Assembly: GCF_018350175.1 (NCBI RefSeq)
Contig: NC_058383.1
Span: 620,001-684,000, forward strand
Source of the DNA: Felis catus
Lineage: Eukaryota
Direction: 5' to 3'
Length of the DNA stretch: 64,000 bases
Shown: positions 38,982 to 51,263 of the stretch, piece by piece
Numbering within the stretch: the stretch's first letter is position 1
How the letters are laid out: every line of letters starts with the position of its first letter
The notes under the pieces: model-generated
Seen by the model: only the letters and a program-made list of their open reading frames with translations
The model's database searches: none
What the model was told of the DNA's origin: nothing
Made by a program: the position numbers and the translations under genes

Positions 38982-40804
38982 GGAAGGAAAGAGGAAGGAG
39001 GGAGGGAGGAATGGGGGAAGGGGGGAGGGAGAAAGGGGGGAGGGAGGAAGGGGGCAGGGAGGGAGGGAGGGAGGGAGGGACGGAGGGGGGAAGGAAGGAA
39101 GGGGGGCAGGGAGGAAGTGGAGAAGGGAGGATGGGGGAAGGGAGGAAGGGGAGAAGGGAGGAAGGGGGGAAAGGAGGAAGGGGGAAGGGAGGGAGGAATG
39201 AAGGAGGGAGGGAAGGAGGAAGGAATGAAGAGGGAGGAGGGAAGAAGGAAGGAGGGAGGAGGGAGAGAGGAAGGGAGGAGGGAGGAAGGCAGGAAGGGGG
39301 GAGGGAGGAAGGGGGGCAGGGAGGGAGGGAGGAAGGGAAGGAGGGGGGAAGGGAGGAAGGGGTGCAGGGAGGAAGGGGGAAGGGAGGAAGGGGGGAAGGG
39401 AGGACAGGGGCAAGGGGGAAGGGAGGAAGAGGGGAAGGGAGGAAGGGGGGAGGGAGGAAGGGGGGGCAGGGAGGGAGGGAGGAAGGGAAGGAGAGGGGAA
39501 GGGAGGAAGGGGTGCAGGGAGGAAGGGGGAAGGGAGGAAGGGGGGAAGGGAGGAAGGGGAGAGGGAGGAAGAGGGGAAGGAAGGAAGGGGGAAGGGAGGA
39601 AGGGGGGAAGGGAGGACGGGGGAAAGGGGGAAGGGAGGAAGAGGGGAAGGGAGGAAGGGGGGAGGGAGGTAGGGGGGAAGGAAGGAAGGGGGGAAGGAAG
39701 AAAGGGGGGAAGGAAGGAAGGGGGGCAGGGAGGAAGAGGGGAAGGGAGGAAGGGGGGAGGGAGGAAGGGGGGGCAGGGAGGGAGGGAGGAAGGGAAGGAG
39801 AGGGGAAGGGAGGAAGGGGTGCAGGGAGGAAGGGGGAAGGGAGGAAGGGGGGAAGGGAGGAAGGGGAGAGGGAGGAAGAGGGGAAGGAAGGAAGGGGGAA
39901 GGGAGGAAGGGGGGAAGGGAGGACAGGGCAAGGGGGAAGGGAGGAAGAGGGGAAGGGAGGAAGGGGGGAGGGAGGAAGGGGGGAAGGGAGGAAGGGGGAA
40001 GGGAGGAAGGGGGGAAGGGAGGAAAGGGGGAAGGGAGGAAAGGGCAAGGGGGAAGGGGAGGAAGAGGGGAAGGGAGGAAGGGGAGAAGGGAGGAAGGGGG
40101 GAAGGGAGGAAGGGGGAAGGGAGGAAGGGGGGAAGGGAGGAAAGGGGGAAGGGAGGAAAGGGGGAAGGGAGGAAGGGGGGAAAGGAGGAAAGGGGGGAAA
40201 GGAGGAAAGGGGAAGGGAGGGAGGAATGAAGGAGGGAGGGAGAGAGGAAAGAATGAAGGGGGAGAAGGGAGGAAGGAAGTAGGGAGGAGGGAGAGAGAAA
40301 GGGGGAAGGCAGGAAGGGAGGAAGAAGGGAGGGAGGAGGCAGGGAGGAAGGGAGGAGGGAGGGAGGAAGGAAGGAGGAGGGAGGGAGGGAGGGGCAGGGA
40401 AGAAGGGAGGAGGGAGGAAGGGAGGAGGGAGGGAGGAAGGAAGGAGGGAGGGAGGGGGAGGAAGGAGGAGGGAGGGAGGGAGGAAGGGGGGAAGGGAGGG
40501 ACGGGGAAGGGGGGAGGGAGGAAGGGGGGAGGGAGGAAGGGGGAGGGAGGAAGGGGGAGGGAGGAAGGGAGGAGGGAGGAGGCAGGGAGGAAGGGAGGAG
40601 GGAGGGAGGGAGGAAGGAAGGAGGAGGGAGGGAGGGAGGGGCAGGGAGGAAGGGAGGAGGGAGGAAGGGAGGAGGGAGGAAGGGAGGAGGGAGGGAGGAA
40701 GAAAGGAGGGATGGAGGAAGGAAGGAGGAGGGAGGGAGGGAGGAGGAAGGGAGAAGGCAGGAAGGGAGGAAGAAGGGAGGGAGGGAGGGAGGTGAAGGAA
40801 GGAG
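38982..40804. repeat. ~1.8-kb polypurine/polypyrimidine tract (GGA/GGAA/GGGA-rich)
   Basis: Almost only G and A on the + strand, with internally duplicated blocks. Confidence 0.97.
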
Positions 40805-42656
40805 TGAGCGAGCAGCAGGGCGGCCTCCCTGGATGCTGGAGCCGGGCGTCCGTGCCCGTGGGCCCCACCATTCTAGGGGTGATGACATTTGGCTTGACTG
40901 AGAAACTGCATCTGGCCAAGGTTCCCCAGCCAGGCCATGGTGGAGCTGGGCTCCAACCCCAATCCGGAAGATTCTAGAGCTCAAGAGCCTCCTCTTCAAG
41001 TCAGACAGGAAACGGGGTCGCGGTCCCAGCCTACCCTCCACACACCCCTGCTTGAGTCAGCTGTCCCCTCCTGAATGAGCCAGGGATGTGACGCGGTGGC
41101 TGTCCCGCCAGAAGTGAATAACCTGAACCTAGTCATGAGCAGACTCAGCCGGGCCAGAAGCCGTAAGGCCGCTCGGGCACTTGAGAGACCGGGCAGGTGC
41201 CGGGCCCGGACCGGGTTAGTGAGGAACCCGCAGCCGTGATAGAGTCCTGACTGCGGTCATCACCCTCCGAGGGGCCCCACTCGTGGGGGACGTGCCGAGG
41301 TCACTCAGTCTCAAGCGGCACGGGGGTAACTAAGAGGCAGAGACACGTGGACGGCGTCAGCTGGCAGGTCCGGGGGAGGCACACGCTCCTTGTAAACTTT
41401 TCTGTTTGAGACACTTTCAAGAAAAGTACAAAATAAAAAATAATAAAAAGTAAATAAAAGAAACTTTTAAAAATTTACTAAATAAAAAACTTTTTTTTTT
41501 TTAAGTCAAAAGGGAAAAGACGAGTACACAAAAACCTTGACTTTGAGCTTCTCTGCACAGATCTGAGATGTGGCCGACGGGGCACAGAGACCAGGACGCA
41601 GGCTGGCGAGCCGGGGCCCTGCTGGCAGGAACTTCGCCACTCTGGACTGGCCCCAGCGTCCTCTCTGGGCGGGGACCAAGGGGCCCGGGCTCGGCGAGGC
41701 CTCGGCGGATGCTGAGCGCGCGGATGTCGAGCACCCGCACACCAGAGCCCCGAGAGTCTGGCCAGGCCCGGGGGCTCTGGAACGCTGCCTCCAAGGCCCT
41801 CGGGACTCCACCGTTCGGCCACCAGGACGCAGCGGGCGGGCGTGGAGCAGCAGGGTGGAGAGACGCACAGAGAGGCATGAGGCTGCCGGGCTCTGGAGTC
41901 AGGAAGAGAATCTCAACCTGTCTCAATCTGTGGCAAGCAGGGTGGCCGCGGGCCCGGCTGAGTCTCGGCTTCCCCGTGCGGGAAACGACACCACAGAGGG
42001 AAGCGAGCTCCACGGGGTGCCGTAGAGGCACCTGTCCCCTGCCACCAAGGCCTCCTTCCTCCCGGGGGACGCCCAGGCTCCTCCAGCAGGGATGGGGGTC
42101 GGCTCCATTCCCGCCCTCTCCAACAGCTGGAGCACAGTGACCCCAGGTGGCCGGCACCTCCCCACCGATGGCTTCACAAGACGGCAAGCGGACGCCGAGC
42201 TTCTCCCGTCACAAGGGACCCTGCGCGGCACTGCTCGGTGCGGGTGGGTCTCTCCACCCGGCACAGGGCGGGCGCCACCCTGCCTCACCCCCTCGTCCGG
42301 AGAAGCTCCCGCCAACGGCCGAGACCACCAAGTGGGCATGGCACAGGGGACAGGAAGGTGGGTCACCCTCCCCGGGCCCTGAGGCCGTCAATGGCAGGCC
42401 CCCCTTCCCAAAGCTGGTGGGGGGGGGAGCCGGCCTGCAGGGTGGGCCAGTGGGTCAGGCCGCAGGAGTCAGAGTAACAGGGAAGGCTGGGGATCCCGGA
42501 TCCGTGATGGGCTGGGCAGCCCGGGCCGAGCTGCCCACCTCCCTGCTCTGGTCCGTCTGGCAACAGAGCCCACAAGGACACGGCCTCCCAGAATACCTGT
42601 GGAAGCATATCAGACACGCGCCGGAGGGCCAGGACTGTCCTCATTTGCTGCTGAAA

Positions 42657-43527
42657 GCCCAGCCCTGGAGCTGCACCCAGCACCCAGCACCCAGGCCCTG
42701 GAGCTGCACCCAGCACCAAGCACCACGTCCCTGGAACTGCACCCAGCACCCAGCTCCTGGAGGAGAACCCAGCCACTGGAGGAGAACCCACGTCCCTGGA
42801 ACTGCACCAGTACCCAGCACCCAGCCCCTGGAGGAGAACCCAGCACCCAGCCCCTGAAGTGGTATTCAGCACCCAGCACCCAGCCTCTGAAGCTGTACCC
42901 AGCACCCAGCACCCAGGCCCTGGAGCTGCACCCAGCACCCAGCACCATGTCTCTGGAACTGCACCCAGCACCCAGCTCCTGGAACTGCACCAGTACCCAG
43001 CACCCAGCCCCTGGAGGAGAACCCAGCACCCAGCCTCTGAAGCTGTACCCAGCACCCAGGCCCTGGAGCTGCACCTAGCACCCAGCACCATGTCTCTGGA
43101 ACTGCACCCAGCACCCAGCCCCTGAAGTTGCACTCAGCACCCAGCACCCAGCCCCTGAAGTTGTACTCAGCACCCAGCACCCAGCCCCTGAAGCTGTACC
43201 CAGCATCCAGCCCCTAGAGCTGCACCCAGCACCCAGCCCCTGGAGCTGTACCCGGCATCCAGCACCAAGCCCCTGGACCTGTACTCAACTCAGCACCTTG
43301 CCCCCAGACCCTCGAGCTGCACCAGCACCCAGCACCCAGCCCCTGAAGCTGTACCCAGCATCCAGCCCCTAGAGCTGCACCCAGCACCCAGCCCCTGGAG
43401 CTGTACCCGGCATCCAGCACCAAGCCCCTGGACCTGTACTCAACTCAGCACCTTGCCCCCAGACCCTCGAGCTGCACCAGCACCCAGCACCCAGCCCCTG
43501 GAGCTGTACTCAGCACCCAGCACCCAG
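42657..43527. repeat. Compound minisatellite built on (CAGCACC)n plus cctggagctgca spacers
   Basis: Repeating cccagcacccagcccctg(g/a)agctg(c/t)a, with a ~155-nt higher-order duplication (cagcatccagcccctagagc at 43201 and 43356). Confidence 0.95.
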
Positions 43528-44309
43528 TGAGTGTCAAGGGGCAGCTGTTGAGTTATTTGGTAAAGAGCACGTAGAGGGCATGTCACAAATGAGGATGCAT
43601 ATATGACGACTGACCGTCATCACTGTCCTGCTGCTGCCATGTGACCCATGGCAAATAAGATGTCAGGGCAGGCAGGGACATCTCTCCAGGCCCTCTGCCC
43701 GCCCCCCACTCCCCCGCTTCAGGAGCTGGACTCAACCTGAGCCTCGGAGCCAGGAGCTAAGTTCAGGCTGGTCAGTTACCAGCATCATGATGCCCGCTTC
43801 CTAGAGGCTCCATGAACAAGGACTCTTACTTTTCTGAGCCATCCGGCTCCTCTGAGACCCCAGAGGAGCCACACCACTCTCCCAGCAGAATGCACATCCA
43901 TGCACTTCGCCTCAAACTCACAGGGTTCAGGGACCCCCGTACGCCCCCACCCAAGGCCAGGTCACAGGGCGCCATGCTCGGAGGAGGCCGAAACGGCCTC
44001 TCGGCCAACGATGCGCGCGCAACTGGTCCTGGGAGATTCAGATCCCACTCTCACTGAGCACAGCCCAAGCGGTCCTGTGTGAAGGAAGGGATGTGCCAAA
44101 GCCACCCAGAGAGGAGTCCACTGTGCATGTAGGAGCCCAGACATCTGCGCTCTGGGCCCCATCCTCGCTCCCACCCCACTCCCCAATGCCCCCAAAGCCA
44201 CTCTTCCTGCCGGTCAGAAGGTGCACCCCAGCCCTCCAGAGCCCCATCCCACCCCATAGGCTCAGCTGGGCAGGGGATCCCCTGGGAAGGCCCTGTCAGC
44301 AGTTGTGGC

Positions 44310-44500
44310 CTTTGGAGTCCTTAGAACAGGACTTAAGTTGGCTCTGTGCTGTCACGGCTGTGTGCCCTGAGCAAGCCACCTCACACTCTGGGACTCAGTG
44401 TCCTTACCTGGAGCGTGGGGTCGACTACCACCAGCCTTCTGTGGTTTCTGTGAGGTTAAACGGTCCTAGCAAACTGCCTGGCATGCAATCTTCATTATAC
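44310..44500 (+). mobile_element. MIR relic
   Basis: ggctgtgtgccctgagcaagccacctcacactctgggactcagtgtccttacctg...tgtgaggttaaa. Confidence 0.65.
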
Positions 44501-44595
44501 ACACACCTGAGGTGTTTCTCAGTGACCCACCCACATGCACAGGTGCACACCGCCCTGCTCATCAGAACCATGAAGTCAAGTGCAAGAATACCAGC

Positions 44596-45470
44596 TGTTG
44601 GGAATGCAAGCTGGTGCACCCACTCCGGAAAACAGTCTGGAGGTTCCTCAAAAAAGTAAAAATAGAACTACCCTACGACCCAGCAATTACACTCCCAGGT
44701 ATTTATCCACGGATACAGGGGTGCTGTTTCTTTTTAAAAAAAATTTTTTTTCAACGTTTATTTATTTTTGGGACAGAGAGACAGAGCATGAACGGGGGAG
44801 GGGCAGAGAGAAAGGGAGACACAGAATCAGAAACAGGCTCCAGGCTCTGAGCCATCAGCCCAGAGCCCGATGCGGGGCTCAAACTCACGGACCGCAAGAT
44901 CGTGACCTGGCTGAAGTCGGACGCTTAACCGACTGCGCCACCCAGGCGCCCGGGGGGGGGGGTGCTGTTTCGAAGGGACACATGCACCCCCATGTTTATA
45001 GCAGCACTATCAATAATAGTCAAAGTATGGAAAGAGCCCAAACGTCCATCAATGGATGAAAGGATAAAGAAGATGTGGCAAATACATACAGTGGAGTATT
45101 ACTCAGCAATCAAAGGGAATGAAATCTTGCCATTTGCAACTACGTGGATGGAACTGGAGGGTGTAATGCTAAGGGAAATTAGTCAGAAAGACAAAAATCA
45201 TATGACTTCACTCATATGAGGACTTTAAGAGACAAAACAGATGAACATAACGGAAAGGAAACGAAAATAATATAAAAAACAGGGAGGGGGACAAAACAGA
45301 AGAGACTCATAAATAGGGAGAACAAACTGACAGTTATTGAAGGGGGTGTTGGAGGGGGGGGGGATGGGCTAAATGGGTCAGGGGCACTAAGGAATCTGCT
45401 CCTGAAATCACTGTTGCACTATATGCTAACTAATTTGGATGTAAATTTTAAAAATAAAAAATAAAAAATA
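44596..45470 (+). mobile_element. Young 5'-truncated carnivore L1 (ORF2 C-terminus and 3' UTR) with a nested SINE
   Basis: [19 protein letters not shown]...TPMFIAAL...ILPFATTWMELE peptides; A-rich tail; perfect 12-bp TSD aagaataccagc (44584-44595, 45471-45482). Confidence 0.95.
44731..44951 (-). mobile_element. Young-type Can-SINE nested in L1
   Basis: TSD ggggtgctgtttc at 44718-44730 and 44959-44971. Confidence 0.95.
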
Positions 45471-45487
45471 AAGAATACCAGCCATTA

Positions 45488-45705
45488 GGGCGCATGGGGG
45501 ATCAGCTGGTTAAGCGTTCGACTCTTGACTTCGGCTCAGGTTATGATACCATAGTCATGAGATCGAATCCCGTGTTGGGCTCTGTGCTGACAGCACAGAG
45601 CCAGCTTGGGATTCTCTCCCTCTCTCTCTCTGCCCCTCCCCCACTCAGACTCAGGCGCGTGCACGCTCTCTCTCTCTCTCTCTCTTTAAAAAAAAAAAAA
45701 AAAAG
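45488..45705 (+). mobile_element. Older-type Can-SINE
   Basis: Head with actcttgacttcggctcagg; CT tract; poly-A. Confidence 0.88.
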
Positions 45706-45914
45706 AAAGTGGTACTCCGTACTGGACAAACGCATCAATATATAAAAATCCAATCTAATGAGAAAATGGAACAGCAACCATATTTGGTTCCGGCCAGAAG
45801 GTGAGTTAACAAGAGTATCAGCTCCCACAGAATGAGCCACCGGGTCGGAAAGTGGACATCCTCACTAACTACAAAGAAACACAAAGAAAATACCACTGCG
45901 GACTCCTTATGCAC

Positions 45915-47850
45915 GTTTAAATCTGCAGAAACAGTACAAAGAAATACAGAGAGAGCTCATGTGCCCGCGACACCCTCTCCCCAAAGGTAACGATCTACAA
46001 GACGGTGGCAGCGTCCAGGGTGCCACGGAGATACACCCAGATTCGGGTCATCAGGGGCCACCAGGATGGGTCACTCTGTCCTTTAAAAGCCACACCCACC
46101 CCGTCTTCCCGATCCCTCCCTCCTCTGCCTCAGCTTCCAACCCCTGGTAGCCACCAAACTCTTCCCCATTTCTCCAATTTTGTCACTTTGAGCGCGTACT
46201 TCAACGGAAGCACCGGGATGTAACCCCCAGGGACTGGCTGGTCTCCCTCAGCACAGCCCCCAAGATACTCTCCAGCTGCTGCCGTATCCAAGGTCCCCTC
46301 CCTGTTCGGGCCAAGGCCTCATCCACAGTGTGTGTGCACCCGCTTTACTCCACCCTGCACCCACTGAAGGGCGTCGGGGTCGTTTCCAGGTTGGGGCTAT
46401 CACAAATAAAGCTGCCGTGAGCAACACTAACGCACAGGTGTTCGCGGGGACGTAAGCCACCGCTGCTCCGGGACAGGCAACTGAGTGCTGATCACTCGGC
46501 AGAATCAACTTTAGGTCTTTAAAAAGCTGCCAAAGTGCCCTGCAGGCTGTGGCATCTGCGCCTCGCCCCCCACCCGGGATGAGCAACCCGTGTCTCCACA
46601 CCCTCCACGGCTCAGGAGGGGTCCCTGCCGTTTATTTCAGACCCGACAGGCGCGGCTCCCGGGACTGGAGGCGGGACTCCCGGGGCTGGAGGCGGGGCTC
46701 CCGGGGCTGGAGGCGGGGCTCCCGGGGCTGGAGGCGGGGCTCCCGGGGCTGGAGGCGGGACTCCTGGGGCTGGAGGCGGGGCTCCCGGGGCTGGAGGCGG
46801 GGCTCCAGGGGTCAGGGTTCCTGGAGGCTGACGGTCTGGACATCTGTCCCTGCGTCTGTTCCACCTGCGTTTCCTTTTCCAGGAAGGGTCTCTCCGTGTC
46901 TCCTGCCCAATATCTAAGCAGACAGTTTGGCTTTGTGTAGCGGATTCCGGAGGTCTTTCTATATTCTAGACACTAGGCCTCGTTCGGGCATGTGGCTGGG
47001 GGACGTGTGCTCTCACCTTCGGCCCGTCCCCTACCCTCTGCACATGACCCTTCAAGGAGCAAACACCTTCAATTTGAGAAGTCAGTTTGTCTATCTTCCT
47101 TTCATATATCACAGTCTTGCCATCAAAGCGCTCTGTCCCAGTCAGTCATGGGGCCCGAAGACCTTCCCTAGAAGTTTCACAGCCGTGCTAGGTCTGCGAT
47201 CCATCTCGAGTTCCGTTTTGAGTAAGACGCAGGATTGAGGTCGAGGCCGCTTTCCGGGCCCTACGTGGAAAGCCTATCCCCCTCCGCTGCCTCACCCTCC
47301 CGGTCCCATCAGAAGTCGGCTGGGCACAGCTGTGTGGCTCCTGTTCCGTCCCACAGGCCTGTGAGCCGCATCCTGGCTGCCGCAGGGACACAGCGGGCCT
47401 CCTGCCTTATTAACTCGTTATTCCTTTGCAATGTTGTTTCTGCTGCCCTGGGTTCTGTCTGCTCCCACGCAGACTTTAACCAAACACCTGCTGAGATACT
47501 GGTAGCAACTGCATTAAACCCAGGGATCAGTCTGAGGACAAGTGACATCTTTCCAAGGTGGAGTCTCCTCATCCACGGACATGGTATGTTTCTCTGCGTA
47601 TTCAGGGTTCTTGGACTCCTTTCCTCAGCATTTTGTAATTTTAAGCACGCATATCCTGCGCGTGTTAAGTTTGTACCGAAGGAGGTCGCTTTATTTACAG
47701 TGGCTGTAACGATACTGCATCTTTAATTTCTGTTCACGCAGCACATTGCTCGTATGTGGAAATGCAGGTGGTGTTTGCAAGCTGACCTTGCATTCTGCGG
47801 TCGTGCCGAACTCATGCATTAGTTCTGGGAATTTCTGTAGATTCCTCGGG
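45915..47850 (-). mobile_element. Old L1 (L1MC/MD-like) 3' portion
   Basis: gtttccaggttggggctatcacaaataaagctgccgtgagc and tctttctatattctagacactagg are typical antisense L1M sequence. Confidence 0.75.
46653..46812. repeat. 21-bp minisatellite, about 7.5 copies, inside an old L1
   Basis: (ggctcccggggctggaggcgg)n. Confidence 0.95.
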
Positions 47851-49229
47851 TTTAGCCCACGGTTGATTTAACGTGGGAAATCACTGAATGTAAACCCATC
47901 CTGGTGACAGATTACAGGGGGAAATCATATGAAGGGTCTGCAGATAAATTGTGAGTGCTAATTGTAGTCTCTGTGGGCTCCAGACCATTTTATCAAAACC
48001 CACTGCATTAGCATATAACCTAACAGGCTACCAAAAATTGAAATGTTTTAAAAATACCATTTATAAAAACATGAAAGTGTGAATCACTTGGGAACAAACT
48101 GAACAGAAGATTTTATGACCTTCGTGGGAGAAAACTGTTGGAAAATTCTTTAAAGTCCTGGATAAGAGAGACACCACGTTCATGGGTTACATAGGAAAGG
48201 TGTCGACTCTCACCGAATAAATGCAGAACGCAGTGCAACACGGGTCAAAACCCCAAGTGGTGACTCTGGAGAACCGGACAAGCTGATTATAAACTATGAG
48301 GAAAACACAAAGGCCTATTCAGTGATGAGAACGAAGGGAACAGTTACTTCCAGCACCAGTAAAAGCTCACCAAGTCGGACAGGGATCCAAGACACACAAA
48401 CATACACATTCACTCCATCCATATGAAGTTCCAGACCGGGTAGCAGCAGAGAAAGCAACACTGCCCTGTTAGGGCTGCGTGCACGCCAGAGGACTAAAAA
48501 GAAACGCAGAAGTCACGCAGCGTGGTCGGGAGAGGCACACTGGAAGCCCCGAGGTGCAGCCACTTACAAACGGATCGTGGCTACATGGGGGCTCATTTTA
48601 TGTGCGCTCTCTAAGCCCTGTGAGCGCATGTGTGCACACACGTGTAAATGTTCTGTGCGCTCTTCTGCGTATACGATGTAGCTTGCAACTTGAGGAGAAG
48701 ACAGAGATGGAGAACAAAAGAGGCAGAAAAAGAATTACTTCAAGTAGAACGAACGAAAAAGAAAGAGGGAGCATCTTCCTGATCACAAATCAAGACTCCT
48801 GCTACAGCTATGGTGATTGACACAGGGTGGTGCCGGGACAGCGAGAGGGAGGCAGTCCAATCGTCCAGAGAGGAAATGCACTTGATACACAATAGGGGCG
48901 GTATTCCAGGTCAGTGCAAGGAAGGCAGAATTTTAGCAGGTGCTTCTGGGACACCTGGTTGTCCTGTGGAAAAGTCAAACTGTACCCCTCCTTCATACCA
49001 CAGAAAACACCAATTCCAGGGACACCTGAGACCTGACTACAAAAGAAAACACTGTAAGGTTCCTAACATAACTTAGGAGACCATCTTCATGGTCTCAGGA
49101 AAGGACAGGATTTCTTTATCCTTCATCAAGTCATAAAAACACTAACCTTAACAGGAAAAAGTAGTACATTCAACTACCTTGGACAAGCCACAAACTGGGG
49201 GGTGAATGTGCAAATACTAGAAAAAGACA

Positions 49230-49483
49230 CGCACGCCTGGGTGGCTCAGTCAGCTGGGTGTCTGACTTCCTCTCAGGTCACGATCTCGAAGTTCGTGAGT
49301 TTGTGAGCTCGAGCCCCGCGACAGGCTCCGTGCTGACAGCTTGGAGCCTGGAGCCTGGAGCCTGCTTTGGTTTCTGTGTCTCCCTCTCTCTCTGCCCCTC
49401 CCCTACTCATGTCCTGTTTCTTTCTCTCTCAGAAAATAGGTGAACATTTAAAAACAATCTTTTTAATAACAAAAAAAAAGAAT
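49230..49483 (+). mobile_element. Can-SINE with small internal duplications
   Basis: TSD tagaaaaagaca (49218-49229, 49484-49495); ggagcct occurs three times in tandem. Confidence 0.9.
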
Positions 49484-50434
49484 TAGAAAAAGACATACAA
49501 CCCAATACTGAAATGGGTAAACGACTCGCACAGGGAATGAACATATGAAAAGATGCTTCATCGAATCAGTCATCAGGGAAATGTAAATTGAAACCACAAC
49601 GAGGCAGCATCACACAGCGACCAAAATAACCAAGAAGCCCACCACCAGCTGCCAATACCCAGTGTTGGTGAAGGTGTGGGGAAGTGGGGCCCGCACACGC
49701 AGCTTTCCCCAGTGAACGGAAGACACACACGGATGACAACCCAGCAGGTCCACACCCGAGTACGTACCGTGGACAATGCCTGTCCATGTGCAAAGGAGGC
49801 ACAAACGCTCACAGCCACCAAAAAGCAGGGTCTAGCCAAACAACCGTCAACTATGGAACGGGTCAGCCGTGGAATATTCAGACAATCAAACACTATACCC
49901 AACAAAAAACGGGACAGCTCCTCGAAGGTCACACACAGAGCTGCCACAGACCCTGGTAGGTAGGTGCCCAAGAGGACTGAAAGCGTGCTCATGTGAATAC
50001 ATGCGTGTAGATGTTCACGGCAGTGCTATTCACAAGAACCCAACTGTGGGAACGGCCTGACGTCCACCAACAGACGAATGGGCAAACCAAACGTGGTCTA
50101 GCCATACCGTGGGCCGCCACTCCACCACAAAGAGGAGGGGAGTTCTCATCTATGTTGCAGCGACAATGAACCTGGAAGGCATTATGTTACATGACAGAAG
50201 CCAGCCTTGTCGAGACCACATGTTGAGTGATTCCGTGTTCATGAAGCAGCCAGAACGGGCACACGCACAGAGGCGGCTGGTGGTTGCAGGGGTGGGGCGG
50301 GGAGATGGGGAGCGATGACCAGTGGGCACGGGGTACCCTGTGGGGTGGTGTAAAGGTTCCAGAACAAGATGGTGGGGTGGATGCATGGTGCTGTGACTAG
50401 AGCGCTGTGTTCACTCTAAAAATGGTTAGTTTTA

Positions 50435-50653
50435 GGGGCGCCTGGGTGGCGCAGTCGGTTAAGCGTCCGACTTCAGCCAGGTCACGATCTCGCGGTCCGT
50501 GAGTTCGAGCCCCGCGTCGGGCTCTGGGCTGATGGCTCGGAGCCTGGAGCCTGTTTCCGATTCTGTGTCTCCCTCTCTCTCTGCCCCTCCCCCCTTCATG
50601 CTCTGTCTCTCTCTGTCCCAAAAAAAAAAAAAAAAAAAAAAAAAATCAGTAAA
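50435..50653 (+). mobile_element. Very young-looking Can-SINE
   Basis: Perfect 17-bp TSD aaaaatggttagtttta (50418-50434, 50654-50670); long pure poly-A; CpGs intact. Confidence 0.97.
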
Positions 50654-50991
50654 AAAAATGGTTAGTTTTATGCTACGTGAATTTCACCCTAATTAAAAAA
50701 AAAGAATAAATGACAGCTGCTTTCTTCCATGAATGAATCTTAAAACAGGACATTGAACAGAAAATAAGACAGAAAAGAAAATAACAAAGAGAATGATTCC
50801 ATTCATACAAAACTTAAAATAGGCAGAACAAGAACGCATGCTTCGGGCAAGTACACACAGGTGGTAAAATTATCAAGCGTTACAGGGAATGAGTCCCCAG
50901 AACGGACGCTAACTCTGCTGGTTCTTAACCCTCACAGTTTGGTCCATTAGAATTACTTCACTAAAATGCATTATACATTCTTTAAGGAATT

Positions 50992-51195
50992 CCTGGGGGG
51001 GGGGGCTCAGTCGGTTAAATGTCCGACTCTTGATTTCGGCTCAGGTCGTGATCCCAGGATCACGGGATCGAGCCCTGCATCAGGCTCCGTGATGACTAGA
51101 GAGCATGCTTGGGATTCTCTCTCACTCTCTGCCCCTTCCCGCTAGCATACGCACTCTGTCCCTCTCTCTCTCTAAAATTGGAAAAATTTTAAACT
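50992..51195 (+). mobile_element. Older-type Can-SINE with a poly-G head
   Basis: gctcagtcggttaaatgtccgactcttgatttcggctcagg. Confidence 0.88.
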
Positions 51196-51263
51196 AAGGA
51201 AAAAGAAAATGGCATTCTTCCTGAGGTATGTAAATCTAAAACACACTTTAAAGGAGTAAAGAA

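Larger units (their letters stand above)
47870..50700 (+). mobile_element. Fragmented old L1 pieces ending in an L1M 3' end, hosting two SINEs
   Basis: atgaaaagatgcttcatcg...cagggaaatgtaaattgaaaccac, gatgttcacggcagtgctattcac, and a terminus aaaatggttagttttatgctacgtgaatttcaccctaattaaaaa. Confidence 0.7.

Noticed and set aside
38783..41041. 752-aa and 658-aa Pro/Ser/Leu ORFs and the opposite Gly/Arg/Glu ORFs
   Set aside because: A purine-only or pyrimidine-only tract almost cannot contain stop codons.
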